Positions 53,594-63,082 of a stretch of 63,472 bases of DNA are shown piece after piece. This DNA comes from an uncultured bacterium (GTDB taxonomy: Bacteria; Chlamydiota; Chlamydiia; Chlamydiales; JAJFMA01). The DNA lies in NCBI GenBank assembly GCA_964436955.1, contig CAYTFC010000007.1, forward strand, positions 1 through 63,472. The letters are read 5' to 3'. The position numbers were made by a program, and so were the translations under genes. Each line of letters opens with the position of its first letter. Positions within the stretch are counted from its first letter, which is position 1. The notes beneath the pieces were generated by a model. That model saw nothing but the letters and a program-made list of their open reading frames with translations, searched no databases and was not told where the DNA came from.

Positions 53594-54562
53594 ATGACAA
53601 ATAACCCTTACTACGACCAAGATTTCTTTAGTTTTCTCTGGATATTTATTCAGCGCCTGTTTGGATTTATGACGGGTCAATTGGGTTTGGCTAGCATTGC
53701 CGTAGATGAAGTACAAATTGGCGTGCTGTCACTCGTAGCAGTCTCTTCCGCGCTTATTGGAACGTTTCTAGTTTTGCGTCGCATGACAATGCTAGCAAAC
53801 GCCTTGTCGCACACAATCTTATTGGGAATTGTAATCGCATTTCTACTTACAAATGCTCACACAAATGAAGCCTCCCAACATCTGGGTGGACTCAATATTC
53901 AGGCTATGCTCATTGCCGCTGTTGTCACAGGGCTGGGAACGGCATTTCTCACACAATTTTTCACAACCACAATCGGTTTGCAGGAAGACGCAAGTACAGG
54001 TCTCGTGTTTAACGTGTTGTTTGCCTTAGGTATTGTGCTTGTCACTCTCTTCACGCGAAATAGCCACATCGGTGTAGAAGCAATTATGGGCAATGTCGAT
54101 GCCTTACAAGTTAGTGATCTGAATCTTGTTTTCGTCATTCTGATATTAAACTTGGTGGTTCTCGGCGCCTTCTATAAGGAATTCAAAATTACGACGTTTG
54201 ACCCCTTGCTATCGCAAGCTCTGGGCATTTCAGTAGGTCTCTTTAATTATTTGCTAATGCTGCAGGTTTCCATTACCAGCATTGGAGCATTTAGGGCTGT
54301 TGGAGTCATCATGGTATTGGCTTTGATGACAGGGCCTCCCCTTACGGCGCGCCTGCTCGCACATCGATTGGGGCGGCTACTTTGGGTGGCCACAGGACTG
54401 GGAGTGCTTGCAGCTATTTTTGGAGTCGCTTTGGCAAGACACATGCTCACCATGTTTGATCTAGCCTTGTCTACCGCGGGATTAGTAGTGTGCGTTGTGG
54501 TACTATTCTTTATCGTTGCCTTGCTGTGGAATAGTTTCAAATGGCTACGCCGCCCGGTTTAA
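53594..54562 (+). CDS. ytgD: Metal ABC transporter permease (second subunit)
   Basis: 322 aa and polytopic, paralogous to the N-terminal part of 52247..53593. The start lies directly after the upstream stop. Confidence 0.8.
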   Translation: MTNNPYYDQDFFSFLWIFIQRLFGFMTGQLGLASIAVDEVQIGVLSLVAVSSALIGTFLVLRRMTMLANALSHTILLGIVIAFLLTNAHTNEASQHLGGLNIQAMLIAAVVTGLGTAFLTQFFTTTIGLQEDASTGLVFNVLFALGIVLVTLFTRNSHIGVEAIMGNVDALQVSDLNLVFVILILNLVVLGAFYKEFKITTFDPLLSQALGISVGLFNYLLMLQVSITSIGAFRAVGVIMVLALMTGPPLTARLLAHRLGRLLWVATGLGVLAAIFGVALARHMLTMFDLALSTAGLVVCVVVLFFIVALLWNSFKWLRRPV

Positions 54563-55221
54563 ATACCATGCGGCGCTGGACATTCCGGCCAAGGGCTAGT
54601 CCAAATATTGTAGAGTATCCACAGCATTATCGTTCCCACAATGGCATCAAAAATTCGCGAACCAATGGGATTTAAAATAAACCTTCGTAACAATCTAGCA
54701 CACAATCCCAGCGTTAAAAACCAAATAAAAGATGCCACGATTGCTCCGACCGCAAACTCGATACGTTCCTCTTGAAGGGTATAACGTAAAGCCACTGCCC
54801 CAATCAAAATAACGGTATCAAGAATGGCGTGAGGATTTAATAGACTAAAACCTATAGACGTAAGAATGACTCGTCCTCGTGATGCTACGTCATTACCTCC
54901 GAAAGTCAAAGCTTCCATATATCCGCCAAAAATTGCGCGGCGCCACGAACGAAGGGCGTAACATCCGATAAAGACTACGCCACCCCAAAGAAATAGTGTA
55001 TGCAGCCATGGCACACAAGCAATACAGTGCGAAAGGCCTAGTGCGCCAGCCATAATGAGGATTGCGTCGCATACTGTGCAGACAACGATAACTGTAAGGA
55101 CGTGCCGGCCTAGAGCCCCCTGACGTAATACATACGTGTTTTGAGGGCCAATTGCCATAATCAGAGAAATGGACAAGACAAAACCTTGTCCTATAGGACC
55201 GGACCAAAAATTTTCAATCAT
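54559..55221 (-). CDS. LysE/ArgO-family amino-acid exporter
   Basis: 220 aa with an N-terminal GPQNTYVLRQG motif and 6 TM. The 3' end overlaps the ytgD 3' end by 4 nt (convergent). Confidence 0.7.
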   Translation of the reverse strand: MIENFWSGPIGQGFVLSISLIMAIGPQNTYVLRQGALGRHVLTVIVVCTVCDAILIMAGALGLSHCIACVPWLHTLFLWGGVVFIGCYALRSWRRAIFGGYMEALTFGGNDVASRGRVILTSIGFSLLNPHAILDTVILIGAVALRYTLQEERIEFAVGAIVASFIWFLTLGLCARLLRRFILNPIGSRIFDAIVGTIMLWILYNIWTSPWPECPAPHGI

Positions 55222-55340
55222 GATAATGAAAACCTCGACCGAGCTTTTGACGCTCTAATTTCAGCATAACCCATTAGTCAATTATCCGCGAATTTACACC
55301 TAAATAGTTAATCTAGAAGGGAATGCGATGGAAAGGGCTG

Positions 55341-55469
55341 GTTAATGCCGCTTCGACCCTGATTGCTACCCAATGCTGTCAACTTAAAATAAATCCTTGT
55401 TAATGCCGCTTCGGCGAAGCGGCGCTACAACGTGTAACAAAACATGTAGAGCCACTTCGCCGAAGTGGC
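55341..55469. repeat. Direct repeat plus two covarying palindromic hairpins; includes a core copy of the dispersed terminal repeat
   Basis: gttaatgccgcttcg occurs at 55341..55355 and 55399..55413. The hairpins are GCCGCTTCG-g-CGAAGCGGC (55405..55423) and GCCACTTCG-c-CGAAGTGGC (55451..55469). gaccctgattgctacc lies at 55355..55370. Confidence 0.75.
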
Positions 55470-55529
55470 AGCCCTAATATTTTTCCTTGTTTTGACGACA
55501 TTGAGTTCGTCATGGCTGAAATTAGGTTT

Positions 55530-56750
55530 TCAGATTTCTCGTTGATAGATTTGGAGTATTTGATCAGCAACCGACTCCCAGCTGTAACTACGAACGGCTT
55601 CTGCGCCACCTAGTACTAATTGATGAGATAGGAATGGATCCTGCGCAATGCGTTCCATGCAATCGACAAGCTGTTCTTGGTTGCCATTTTCATAGAGAAG
55701 TACATCTTTACCTTGGGTAGTGAAACCAGGAATTCCTCCGACATTGCTTGCAATGACGGGGATTCCAGCTGCCCAAGCCTCTAAGATGACAATCCCGAAT
55801 GGCTCCATACGTGACGGCAGTACAAACATGCTGGCTGCACGATATGCGCTTGGTAATAGCGGATCCTCTGGAGAGAATCCTGGCACGATTAAGAGATGAT
55901 CCTCGACACCGAGTTCCTTGGCTGTAGCAAGAATCTCCTTATGATAGTCCTCTACATTGATAGGACCAATCAATACGAGTTTATAGCTAGGATGTCGCTC
56001 CACAAAGCTGGCGAAGGCACGTACAAGCAGGACTTGATTTTTCTGAAAGTCGATCCGGGATACACACAGAATAATTTTTTCCGTTTCATCAATCCCAAAT
56101 TTATTTCGGAACAAGGAAGCATCTGCAGATTGAAAGATCTCTCGATTGACCCCATTGGGAACATAGAAAATCGGTTTATTCGGATATTTCTTTTGCATGG
56201 CCTCATACTCGTCCTTGCCCACACATACAATGGCATTGGCATCATCTAGCGTCTTTCGAGCGCCAAAGAACCATCCAAAGAGCTTTCCCCATTCCCACTT
56301 ATTCTTAAAGGGTTCTTGCATTTTAGCTGAATGGTCCTCTGGCATAGTGAGATAACCACCATGAATGCTGACCACATAAGGAATGCCTCTGAGACGAGCG
56401 ACTGTGCGTGCAATCCCTCCTAAACGGTGCTGAACGTGCGTATGGATGAGCGATAGGTTGGGTTCGCGCAGCAAGGCCCAGAACATGCAAAGTGAAAGTG
56501 GACTACCTCCTTTAAGCTCCATTTTATGCTTAGAATCCTGGCTCAGACCAAACCACGGGAAAACAAATCGGTGACGTCTCACAGTCACTCCATCGACAAC
56601 CTGTTCGCCACATTGACAGAACATATCTGTGCAAAAGATGATGCTTGGAATTTCGCGAGCATTCAATTGCTTAGATATGTTCCAAACGACAGATTCCGTG
56701 CCACCCCATCTATTCAAATTAAAGCGGCGCATTACGTGTGCAATTTTCAT
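55530..56750 (-). CDS. Family 4 glycosyltransferase
   Basis: 406 aa with LPSRMEPFGIVILEAWAAGIPVIASNVGGIP. The start overlaps the upstream flippase stop by 4 nt. Confidence 0.85.
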   Translation of the reverse strand: MKIAHVMRRFNLNRWGGTESVVWNISKQLNAREIPSIIFCTDMFCQCGEQVVDGVTVRRHRFVFPWFGLSQDSKHKMELKGGSPLSLCMFWALLREPNLSLIHTHVQHRLGGIARTVARLRGIPYVVSIHGGYLTMPEDHSAKMQEPFKNKWEWGKLFGWFFGARKTLDDANAIVCVGKDEYEAMQKKYPNKPIFYVPNGVNREIFQSADASLFRNKFGIDETEKIILCVSRIDFQKNQVLLVRAFASFVERHPSYKLVLIGPINVEDYHKEILATAKELGVEDHLLIVPGFSPEDPLLPSAYRAASMFVLPSRMEPFGIVILEAWAAGIPVIASNVGGIPGFTTQGKDVLLYENGNQEQLVDCMERIAQDPFLSHQLVLGGAEAVRSYSWESVADQILQIYQREI

Positions 56751-58303
56751 GAGTATCCTGTAACAAAATCTAACATTCTATTGAGACCTTTCAAATTAAT
56801 AGCCTTGAAGTGCTGTGTATCGCTTGGTCGAATGAGGTGCAAATAGCGAATGGCCAATACTAACAGAACTGCATAGACAGCCGATAATACAAATAGCATT
56901 AAAAGATTGGCTTGCGGAAACGCTAGGTACAAAAGCCCTGCAATCAAGAGGGATGGTATAAATATGCGTAGCAAAAATCCTACCGGAATATAGAGACCAC
57001 CTACAAGCTTGCGAATGACATACAACTTCAAGGGTGTAATCACTAAGAAGGTGGCGACAATCGCCACTAAGGCACCTGGGATTCCCCAATTAGAGATAAA
57101 ATAGTAGTCAAAACTAAGGTTCACAATCAAGTGCACCACATTTAACCACATGGTATTGGCTACTTTTTCCGTGGCCGTCAGTGCCATGGAAAGGGGAATC
57201 CAAACCATTGGTAAAATACGGAAAAGACAAAAGAAGGAGGCGATCAAGCCAGCAGGGGCCATGGCTTCTCCATAGATAATACGGATAGCTTGAGGCGCAA
57301 AATAGGCGCCAAAACAGCCCAGGGGAATGACTACAACGGCCAGGGCTTGATAGACAGCCGCGGTGAGATGCCCTAAACTAGATTGACTACGCGTATAGGC
57401 CTCCGAAAAGGCAGAGGTAAACAGCGTTTGCAGAGCCATAGGAACAAAGGTAAGCAACTGACTGGCTAAGAGTAGCGCTAGGGAATAATACCCTAAAAAC
57501 TCATGTGATACATAATATCCAAGGAAAAATATCTCTGAATATTGCGTTAACAGCTTGTTCGTGACAGCCATGAATGTCATTGGCAACGTAAGCCAGAGCA
57601 CACGACGGCGTCCAATCCCTGGATGTGGTTTGTCGATTTTCCAAACTTTCAAATATTGCCAAATCTTGTAAACCGCCACGACAGACATTGCGGCAATCGA
57701 CAAACTGAAGGACATGATCACTAATGCAACTGTGAAATCACCAGTAGCATACAAAACACCTAAAGCTGCAATAAATAAAATTCCTTGCCCTACGCTGGTG
57801 AAAGCTAGGAATCGCGCCATCAACAGAGAGGTCAGCAGATTATTGAGAAACTCCTTCGAGACCAGCATAGCGGTGAAAAGAGTCACCACAGCGATATAGG
57901 GAGCAAAGGAAATATGAAAGGTCCTACTGATCCAAGGTGAGAGGGTATATAGAAGAAACGCGACCACAAGCAGTGCACTTGCTTGTATAACTAGCGAATT
58001 CTTTAAAAATCGCTTAAGCCCTTTGCGATTTCCCATCGATGTCAGTTCTGGAACAAAGCGTAGCAGGCTTTGATTCAATCCCATGGTACAAAAGACCATT
58101 AGGTAATCTGCCATGCTTCCCAGCAACGAATAAACACCATATTGTGCGGGGCCTAATCCTCTTACAATCACTATAGATACGGCAAAATAGAGGAAAAAGG
58201 TGAGGGCTTTGCCAATCAGTAACCATGGTACTGACGACAAAGCCTCTCTCGAAAAGAATGATCCAGGGCCCGCTGTATTCCTAGGGCCGTCTCCCTGGTT
58301 CAT
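56747..58303 (-). CDS. Polysaccharide biosynthesis / Wzx-like MOP-family flippase
   Basis: 518 aa with about 12-14 TM and an N-terminal LIGKALTFFLYFAVSIVIVRGLGPAQYGVY pattern typical of the polysaccharide-biosynthesis family. It is coupled to the upstream gene (TAATG at 58303). Confidence 0.7.
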   Translation of the reverse strand: MNQGDGPRNTAGPGSFFSREALSSVPWLLIGKALTFFLYFAVSIVIVRGLGPAQYGVYSLLGSMADYLMVFCTMGLNQSLLRFVPELTSMGNRKGLKRFLKNSLVIQASALLVVAFLLYTLSPWISRTFHISFAPYIAVVTLFTAMLVSKEFLNNLLTSLLMARFLAFTSVGQGILFIAALGVLYATGDFTVALVIMSFSLSIAAMSVVAVYKIWQYLKVWKIDKPHPGIGRRRVLWLTLPMTFMAVTNKLLTQYSEIFFLGYYVSHEFLGYYSLALLLASQLLTFVPMALQTLFTSAFSEAYTRSQSSLGHLTAAVYQALAVVVIPLGCFGAYFAPQAIRIIYGEAMAPAGLIASFFCLFRILPMVWIPLSMALTATEKVANTMWLNVVHLIVNLSFDYYFISNWGIPGALVAIVATFLVITPLKLYVIRKLVGGLYIPVGFLLRIFIPSLLIAGLLYLAFPQANLLMLFVLSAVYAVLLVLAIRYLHLIRPSDTQHFKAINLKGLNRMLDFVTGYS

Positions 58304-59679
58304 TAGGGAGACAGCATTACGGGTGACGGTGATACTATACCGTTCACGTTAATGTTTGGAATCACGTTAACGGGTTCGATAGCGACACCATTCGTAATTG
58401 AGGCCCACGATACCGCTCCAGCCTGGGACGCTGCCGTCGAAACAAAGATACGCACAGCATATTCCACCAGTTCACGGAATGTCGTAAATGTCCTTGGAGG
58501 GACGTAAACAATATCGCCTGGACGGAGCAAAAAGTCTGGCTCGCAGCCCTGCTCTATCAACTTAAAGTCGATATAGAAAGTATAAGGTTCGTTTAAACTA
58601 CCACGCACTACAAGCACACGAGAGCTTGCATTAAAGGTTAATCCACCAACCATGGTGATGGCCTGAGCAAGGGTGACCTTATTTAAATAGCCAAGTGTTG
58701 CAGGCATTGGAACTTCGCCCAACACGTAGATCTCTTTTTCCAATGAGCTAGGAATATAGATATAGTCTCCAGGCTGTAAGGGAACGTCGCTCTTAGTATC
58801 GCCTTCTTGAACCAACTTCTTAAAGTTGACGGAGATATATTCGCTTCCACGCAACAAGAATGCGTGCTCTAAGTCCGCAAGATCAATAGTCATCGAACGC
58901 CATGTACCGGCTGGGAAGCCTCCTGCACGGCAGAGCGCGGACAAGACTGTTTCCCTACCTAGCAAGCTCTTCTTGCCAGGAACGTTTACCCATCCCAAAA
59001 TTGTATAGGATTGACCACCGAACTCAATGGGTGTCAAACTCACGAATGTATAACGATAAATCTTACGAATGCGTTCATCCATCTCGCGACGCACTTGGTC
59101 AAATGTCTTCCCATAGACCTCTAACGTACCCACTATCGGATAAGTGATCGTTCCAGCAGAATCGACAATCACATAGCGCTCTGTATTAGGCTCGCCGTAA
59201 ATGGCTACCGAAAATCGGTCTCCAATATCTAGTTGATAAAGGGCACTCGATGGATCCTTGTGAGGTGGATTTTTTCTCAAATCCATCTTTTTAAGGTCTT
59301 CCATTGTTACCTGGCGCAGCGGACGCAACTGCGGCCCTTGACCCACGTTAAGTTCCGTAAAACTAAACTTATCTTCATTAGTGTTTAATGGTCCTTGCGA
59401 AGATGCTCTTCTGATAGGCCTATCAGAGCCCATCATCGGCATGTCACTGCGATCAAATGGTCTTTGTATCGGTGCCGGCTGATAGCCATAGGATATTTCA
59501 TCCATTGCAACCGGGTGCATGTAATGCGGGGCTGGCTGATAGCCATATTGCCCTTCATGCACCGGTTGAAAATGGTGAGGCATGGGTTGTGAGCCATAGT
59601 ATGGCATGTCAGCTGCTAGATGCTGCTGACTTCCCAGAAGAATTGCAAAGGAGAAGAGAGCGCTTTTCGTAAGCCGCAT
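58303..59679 (-). CDS. Polysaccharide export protein (Wza-like, Poly_export + SLBB) with a Pro/Tyr/Gln/His-rich N-terminal extension
   Basis: The start is at 59679 or 59685 (MRLTKSALFSFAILLGSQQHLAA signal). Core motifs are YQLDIGDRFSVAIYG ... VDSAGTITYPIVGTLEVYGKTFDQV and PGDYIYIP, PGDIVYVP. Confidence 0.7.
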   Translation of the reverse strand: MRLTKSALFSFAILLGSQQHLAADMPYYGSQPMPHHFQPVHEGQYGYQPAPHYMHPVAMDEISYGYQPAPIQRPFDRSDMPMMGSDRPIRRASSQGPLNTNEDKFSFTELNVGQGPQLRPLRQVTMEDLKKMDLRKNPPHKDPSSALYQLDIGDRFSVAIYGEPNTERYVIVDSAGTITYPIVGTLEVYGKTFDQVRREMDERIRKIYRYTFVSLTPIEFGGQSYTILGWVNVPGKKSLLGRETVLSALCRAGGFPAGTWRSMTIDLADLEHAFLLRGSEYISVNFKKLVQEGDTKSDVPLQPGDYIYIPSSLEKEIYVLGEVPMPATLGYLNKVTLAQAITMVGGLTFNASSRVLVVRGSLNEPYTFYIDFKLIEQGCEPDFLLRPGDIVYVPPRTFTTFRELVEYAVRIFVSTAASQAGAVSWASITNGVAIEPVNVIPNINVNGIVSPSPVMLSP

Positions 59680-59727
59680 TCCCATCCCTCTTATCATTAC
59701 TTCGAGCATCGCGCCATGTCTCCGTTA

Positions 59728-60912
59728 TTAGTTCAAAATCTTGTTCATTTGATAGACCGCTGCCGAGCCCGCAAAGGCTGAGATAAACGATTCGACGGCT
59801 AGTCTTACCAACGCACGACCAAATCTTAGGTTTTGGTTCGGTACGTATATGATGTCTCCAGGCTGTAAGTAGATATCTTTAGCGTCACCATTAAGAATCG
59901 CCATGAAGTTAGCCCTGATTACGCATGGACAATCAAGGCTGCCGCGCAAAATAAGAACGTTTCTCCAATCACCATTTAAGTAAGGGCTGACCTGAACCGG
60001 TCCATAAACCGGAGATAGAGCCCCGACCAAGGTAAGGTCATCGCTATAAGGAGTCATACGACCGCCAATAGATCCTAGAATATATACTTGTTCGTCCAAC
60101 GCAGATGCGATGTAAACGTAATCGCCAGGCTTAAGGTAGATATTCTGTGAGTTGTCACCTTTCTGGATCAAACCCTCAAAGTCAACAGCCAACCGGGCGC
60201 CATCACGCGCAACAAAAGACTTGGCAAGGTTATAAATGTGCACCGTAGACCCGCGGTAGCCACCGTCATTCAAACCGCCTGCTTCACCAATAGCGCTGCG
60301 TAGGTCAACAGACGTATTCAAAGGATAGGCACCTGGCCGCATTACCTTACCTAATACCATATAATAATCGGCAGCTTTCACACGTGGTACAACGGCTACG
60401 CTAGGAGATGTTAGCATCCGCGCTAGCTGTGTTTCAACGTCAGCCGCCAACTCGTCTGCTGTACGCCCTGCAGCGGGAATGCCATCCATATACATAAAAT
60501 AGATGCGACCATCAGGGGCAACAACAACCTCACCAGACCCGTTTTCATCGTTGGTAAAGATAGAAATTTCCAGGATATCGCCTTTATGGATGCGATATGG
60601 TTCCTTATTCAAAGTCATTTTCTTAAGATAGTCATCCGTAAGGGGGGTGCGATCAAAGTCATCCTTATTGGCCCCACAGTCACCCGGAGCATAGTCTACT
60701 ATCACAGGTGGATAGTTAACCATGACTGGCGGACGCCTTGCAAAGGCATCGCTAAGGCAGTTTTCTGGACATACCCGAATGGTGCAGCCCTTCTTGTAAA
60801 CAGTACAACTGCTCATACAGGTTAGGCAACTGACAATCGTGGCAATTAGCCATAGGCACGATACGAGTCTACGTAACAGAGGATGGATTATCCTCGAAAT
60901 AGTTATGGTCAT
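59728..60912 (-). CDS. Polysaccharide export lipoprotein (Wza-like, Poly_export + SLBB)
   Basis: The preferred ATG is at 60912 (MTITISRIIHPLLRRLVSCLWLIATIVSCLTCMSSC, lipobox-like). Core motifs are YRIHKGDILEISIF ... PDGRIYFMYMDGIPAAGRTADEL and PGDYVYIA, PGDIIYVP. Confidence 0.7.
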   Translation of the reverse strand: MTITISRIIHPLLRRLVSCLWLIATIVSCLTCMSSCTVYKKGCTIRVCPENCLSDAFARRPPVMVNYPPVIVDYAPGDCGANKDDFDRTPLTDDYLKKMTLNKEPYRIHKGDILEISIFTNDENGSGEVVVAPDGRIYFMYMDGIPAAGRTADELAADVETQLARMLTSPSVAVVPRVKAADYYMVLGKVMRPGAYPLNTSVDLRSAIGEAGGLNDGGYRGSTVHIYNLAKSFVARDGARLAVDFEGLIQKGDNSQNIYLKPGDYVYIASALDEQVYILGSIGGRMTPYSDDLTLVGALSPVYGPVQVSPYLNGDWRNVLILRGSLDCPCVIRANFMAILNGDAKDIYLQPGDIIYVPNQNLRFGRALVRLAVESFISAFAGSAAVYQMNKILN

Positions 60913-60955
60913 TCCTTGTCTCCCCACCAGTTCATCGCTACGCGTGTGTACTGTC

Positions 60956-63082
60956 TTACTTCTTGCTGCCAAACCAGGATGTCTGTCCTGATGTACTTGT
61001 ATTTGCTGAGCGACCACCTTCAACTTGAATACGAATGTCATCGACGAAGATCTTTAGCGCTCGGTTCAATACGATTCCAATAGGAACCACATCAACGAGT
61101 TCGCATTCACGCAAGCTAGTGTCTACATAATCACGGTTAACTTGATTAGATCCGATCACAAACAATGTATGGTCCGCATGTACCAAAACGTTCAGAGTAT
61201 GATCATGATCCATAACTCCTGGGGTATCGAAGATAACTACGTCAAATTGGCGACGTAGCTCATCGATCAGTTGCTTCATAGGGCCTTTTCTGATGAACTC
61301 TTTAATGTTGGTCTCTTGACCCACGACGACGCGAGAAATGTCGCCATGATGCACGATCTCGTCGAAGCTAGCATTTCCGCGAAGATAGTCCATTATGTTC
61401 TTACGAGCAGTATCACCTGCATCGAAGAACGAACTGGGTTTTGGGTCCCACTCGACTAAAGCTACTTTTTTGTTTAAGCGCTTATACTCACATGCCAAAC
61501 AGTACGCTATAGTGCTCTTACCTTCATCCTTTATTGAACTTGTTACGGCAAGAATTTCATGGTCGTGTGGACGCATACCTCGGGTTATTGATTCCTCTAA
61601 GTAACTGACGAATGGCCTTAAACGCTCTTCCGCAGTTTTTGGAGTCAACTTAGCTAATTCTGGAATAGTGATTAGGCACGGTACTGTATAGGCACCTTCG
61701 AGCTCACGTGAAGTACGGATCTTAGGATCGATGATCTCCAGAAAAGCTGCCAAAGCCAGTCCAAAGCCAATTCCCACAAGGAAGCCGACTAGAGGCAACA
61801 GGTCAAGGAATAAGCTGTCAACAGCTTGTGCTTTGCTCGCTGGTAAGTAGATATCGATATCGCCTTTACCTAACTTCAGCATCATCTCCGTCGCCTTCAT
61901 GATGGCTTCGGTTTCCTTTAGATCAGCTTCGTAACGACCCTTTTCATCCAACATTCGAGAAAATTCCATCTCTTCAGCTGGAAGATTATCCATGTTTTTG
62001 CGTTGCGACTCAATAGCACTTGCTAAGTCATCTTTAAGTTTCTGAGAAGAACGAACTTTACCACGTAAGCTAAGTAGGTTTAAGTTAAGCTGTTCCTTAA
62101 CAGAGTTTTTCTCCACTTGCTGGAAAGGTCGGTGGGCTGGATCTTTCTTTTGTGGTCTCGCCATCATTGCATTCAGCTCATCAAGCTCAGCTTCCAAAAT
62201 TTTAATTTTAGGATTTTCAGGAGCATAACGCGTCTTAGCTTCTAGTAGACCAAGTTCCGCCTGAATAACGCGTCTCTGAAGTGGATTATCCTCTACCAGG
62301 CTTCTAACAATAGTGTCAGGCATACGAGCCGTTTCACGACGGAGATTCTCATACTCGATCAAAAGGCTGTTATAAGTAGCAATCGCATCTTGCAGGCGTC
62401 TTTCCGAATCTACCATTCCTTTCACAGCCATCATCCCTTCCGGGGTAATGTCGATGAATGAATGCTCTTTACGGAACTTCGCAATTTGCTTGATTTTGTC
62501 GTCGATTTTGGATTCTAGAGTAGCTACCTGTGCCGCTAAGTAGTCGTTTGCGGATTTTAACTGACGCTTCGCGAACTCTTGTGCATCTTTAACAACTACT
62601 GTGGCTAATGTATTGGCAATGTCGGTAGCCAAATTTGCGTTTGGTGCTGAAACTGTAATATCGATAAGGTTAGAGTCTCCCATTGGGGGCTTTACCTCAA
62701 CCATCTTAGCCAGTTCTTGTTCTGTCAGGTCCAATCCTAAGATAGCTCTTACAGCGTTTAAGTGTGATGGTAAAGTCACCATTTCTGTGGCAGAGGTCAT
62801 GGTGAAGTGCCCAAGAGGCAAGTTTCGAGGGAGAAACTTAGAAGTCTGCACCTCAAACATGAGGTAAGCATCAGCCACATAAGTGCTCTGCAAGTGCAGC
62901 GCTAAGAATCCAAAACCTAGAGCAAACAATATCGCACTAACCACTACCAACCAGAGACGGCGCAAGATGCCGCGAAAGATTTTGACCACATCGAAACGAC
63001 TTGCTAAGTCCTCAATGCCCCCTCTCCGGACTATGGAACGGTGAGGTTCTTCAGATCCTAACTCCACAGTCTCTTTAGACAT
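60956..63082 (-). CDS. Chain-length-determinant / Wzc-like (GumC/EpsF-EpsG type) protein with a C-terminal P-loop domain
   Basis: The preferred ATG is at 63082 (MSKETVELG), which has a GGGGGAGA SD. Two TM segments flank a long coiled-coil periplasmic region. The P-loop domain has SSIKDEGKST and VVIFDTPG, and there is no C-terminal Tyr cluster. Confidence 0.75.
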   Translation of the reverse strand: MSKETVELGSEEPHRSIVRRGGIEDLASRFDVVKIFRGILRRLWLVVVSAILFALGFGFLALHLQSTYVADAYLMFEVQTSKFLPRNLPLGHFTMTSATEMVTLPSHLNAVRAILGLDLTEQELAKMVEVKPPMGDSNLIDITVSAPNANLATDIANTLATVVVKDAQEFAKRQLKSANDYLAAQVATLESKIDDKIKQIAKFRKEHSFIDITPEGMMAVKGMVDSERRLQDAIATYNSLLIEYENLRRETARMPDTIVRSLVEDNPLQRRVIQAELGLLEAKTRYAPENPKIKILEAELDELNAMMARPQKKDPAHRPFQQVEKNSVKEQLNLNLLSLRGKVRSSQKLKDDLASAIESQRKNMDNLPAEEMEFSRMLDEKGRYEADLKETEAIMKATEMMLKLGKGDIDIYLPASKAQAVDSLFLDLLPLVGFLVGIGFGLALAAFLEIIDPKIRTSRELEGAYTVPCLITIPELAKLTPKTAEERLRPFVSYLEESITRGMRPHDHEILAVTSSIKDEGKSTIAYCLACEYKRLNKKVALVEWDPKPSSFFDAGDTARKNIMDYLRGNASFDEIVHHGDISRVVVGQETNIKEFIRKGPMKQLIDELRRQFDVVIFDTPGVMDHDHTLNVLVHADHTLFVIGSNQVNRDYVDTSLRECELVDVVPIGIVLNRALKIFVDDIRIQVEGGRSANTSTSGQTSWFGSKK

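Noticed and set aside
60913-61041. N-terminal 43-aa extension of ORF 59728..61041 overlapping the Wzc-like gene
   Set aside because: The extension overlaps the upstream gene by 86 nt and has no signal sequence. The internal ATG at 60912 has an SD and begins a lipoprotein-like signal.
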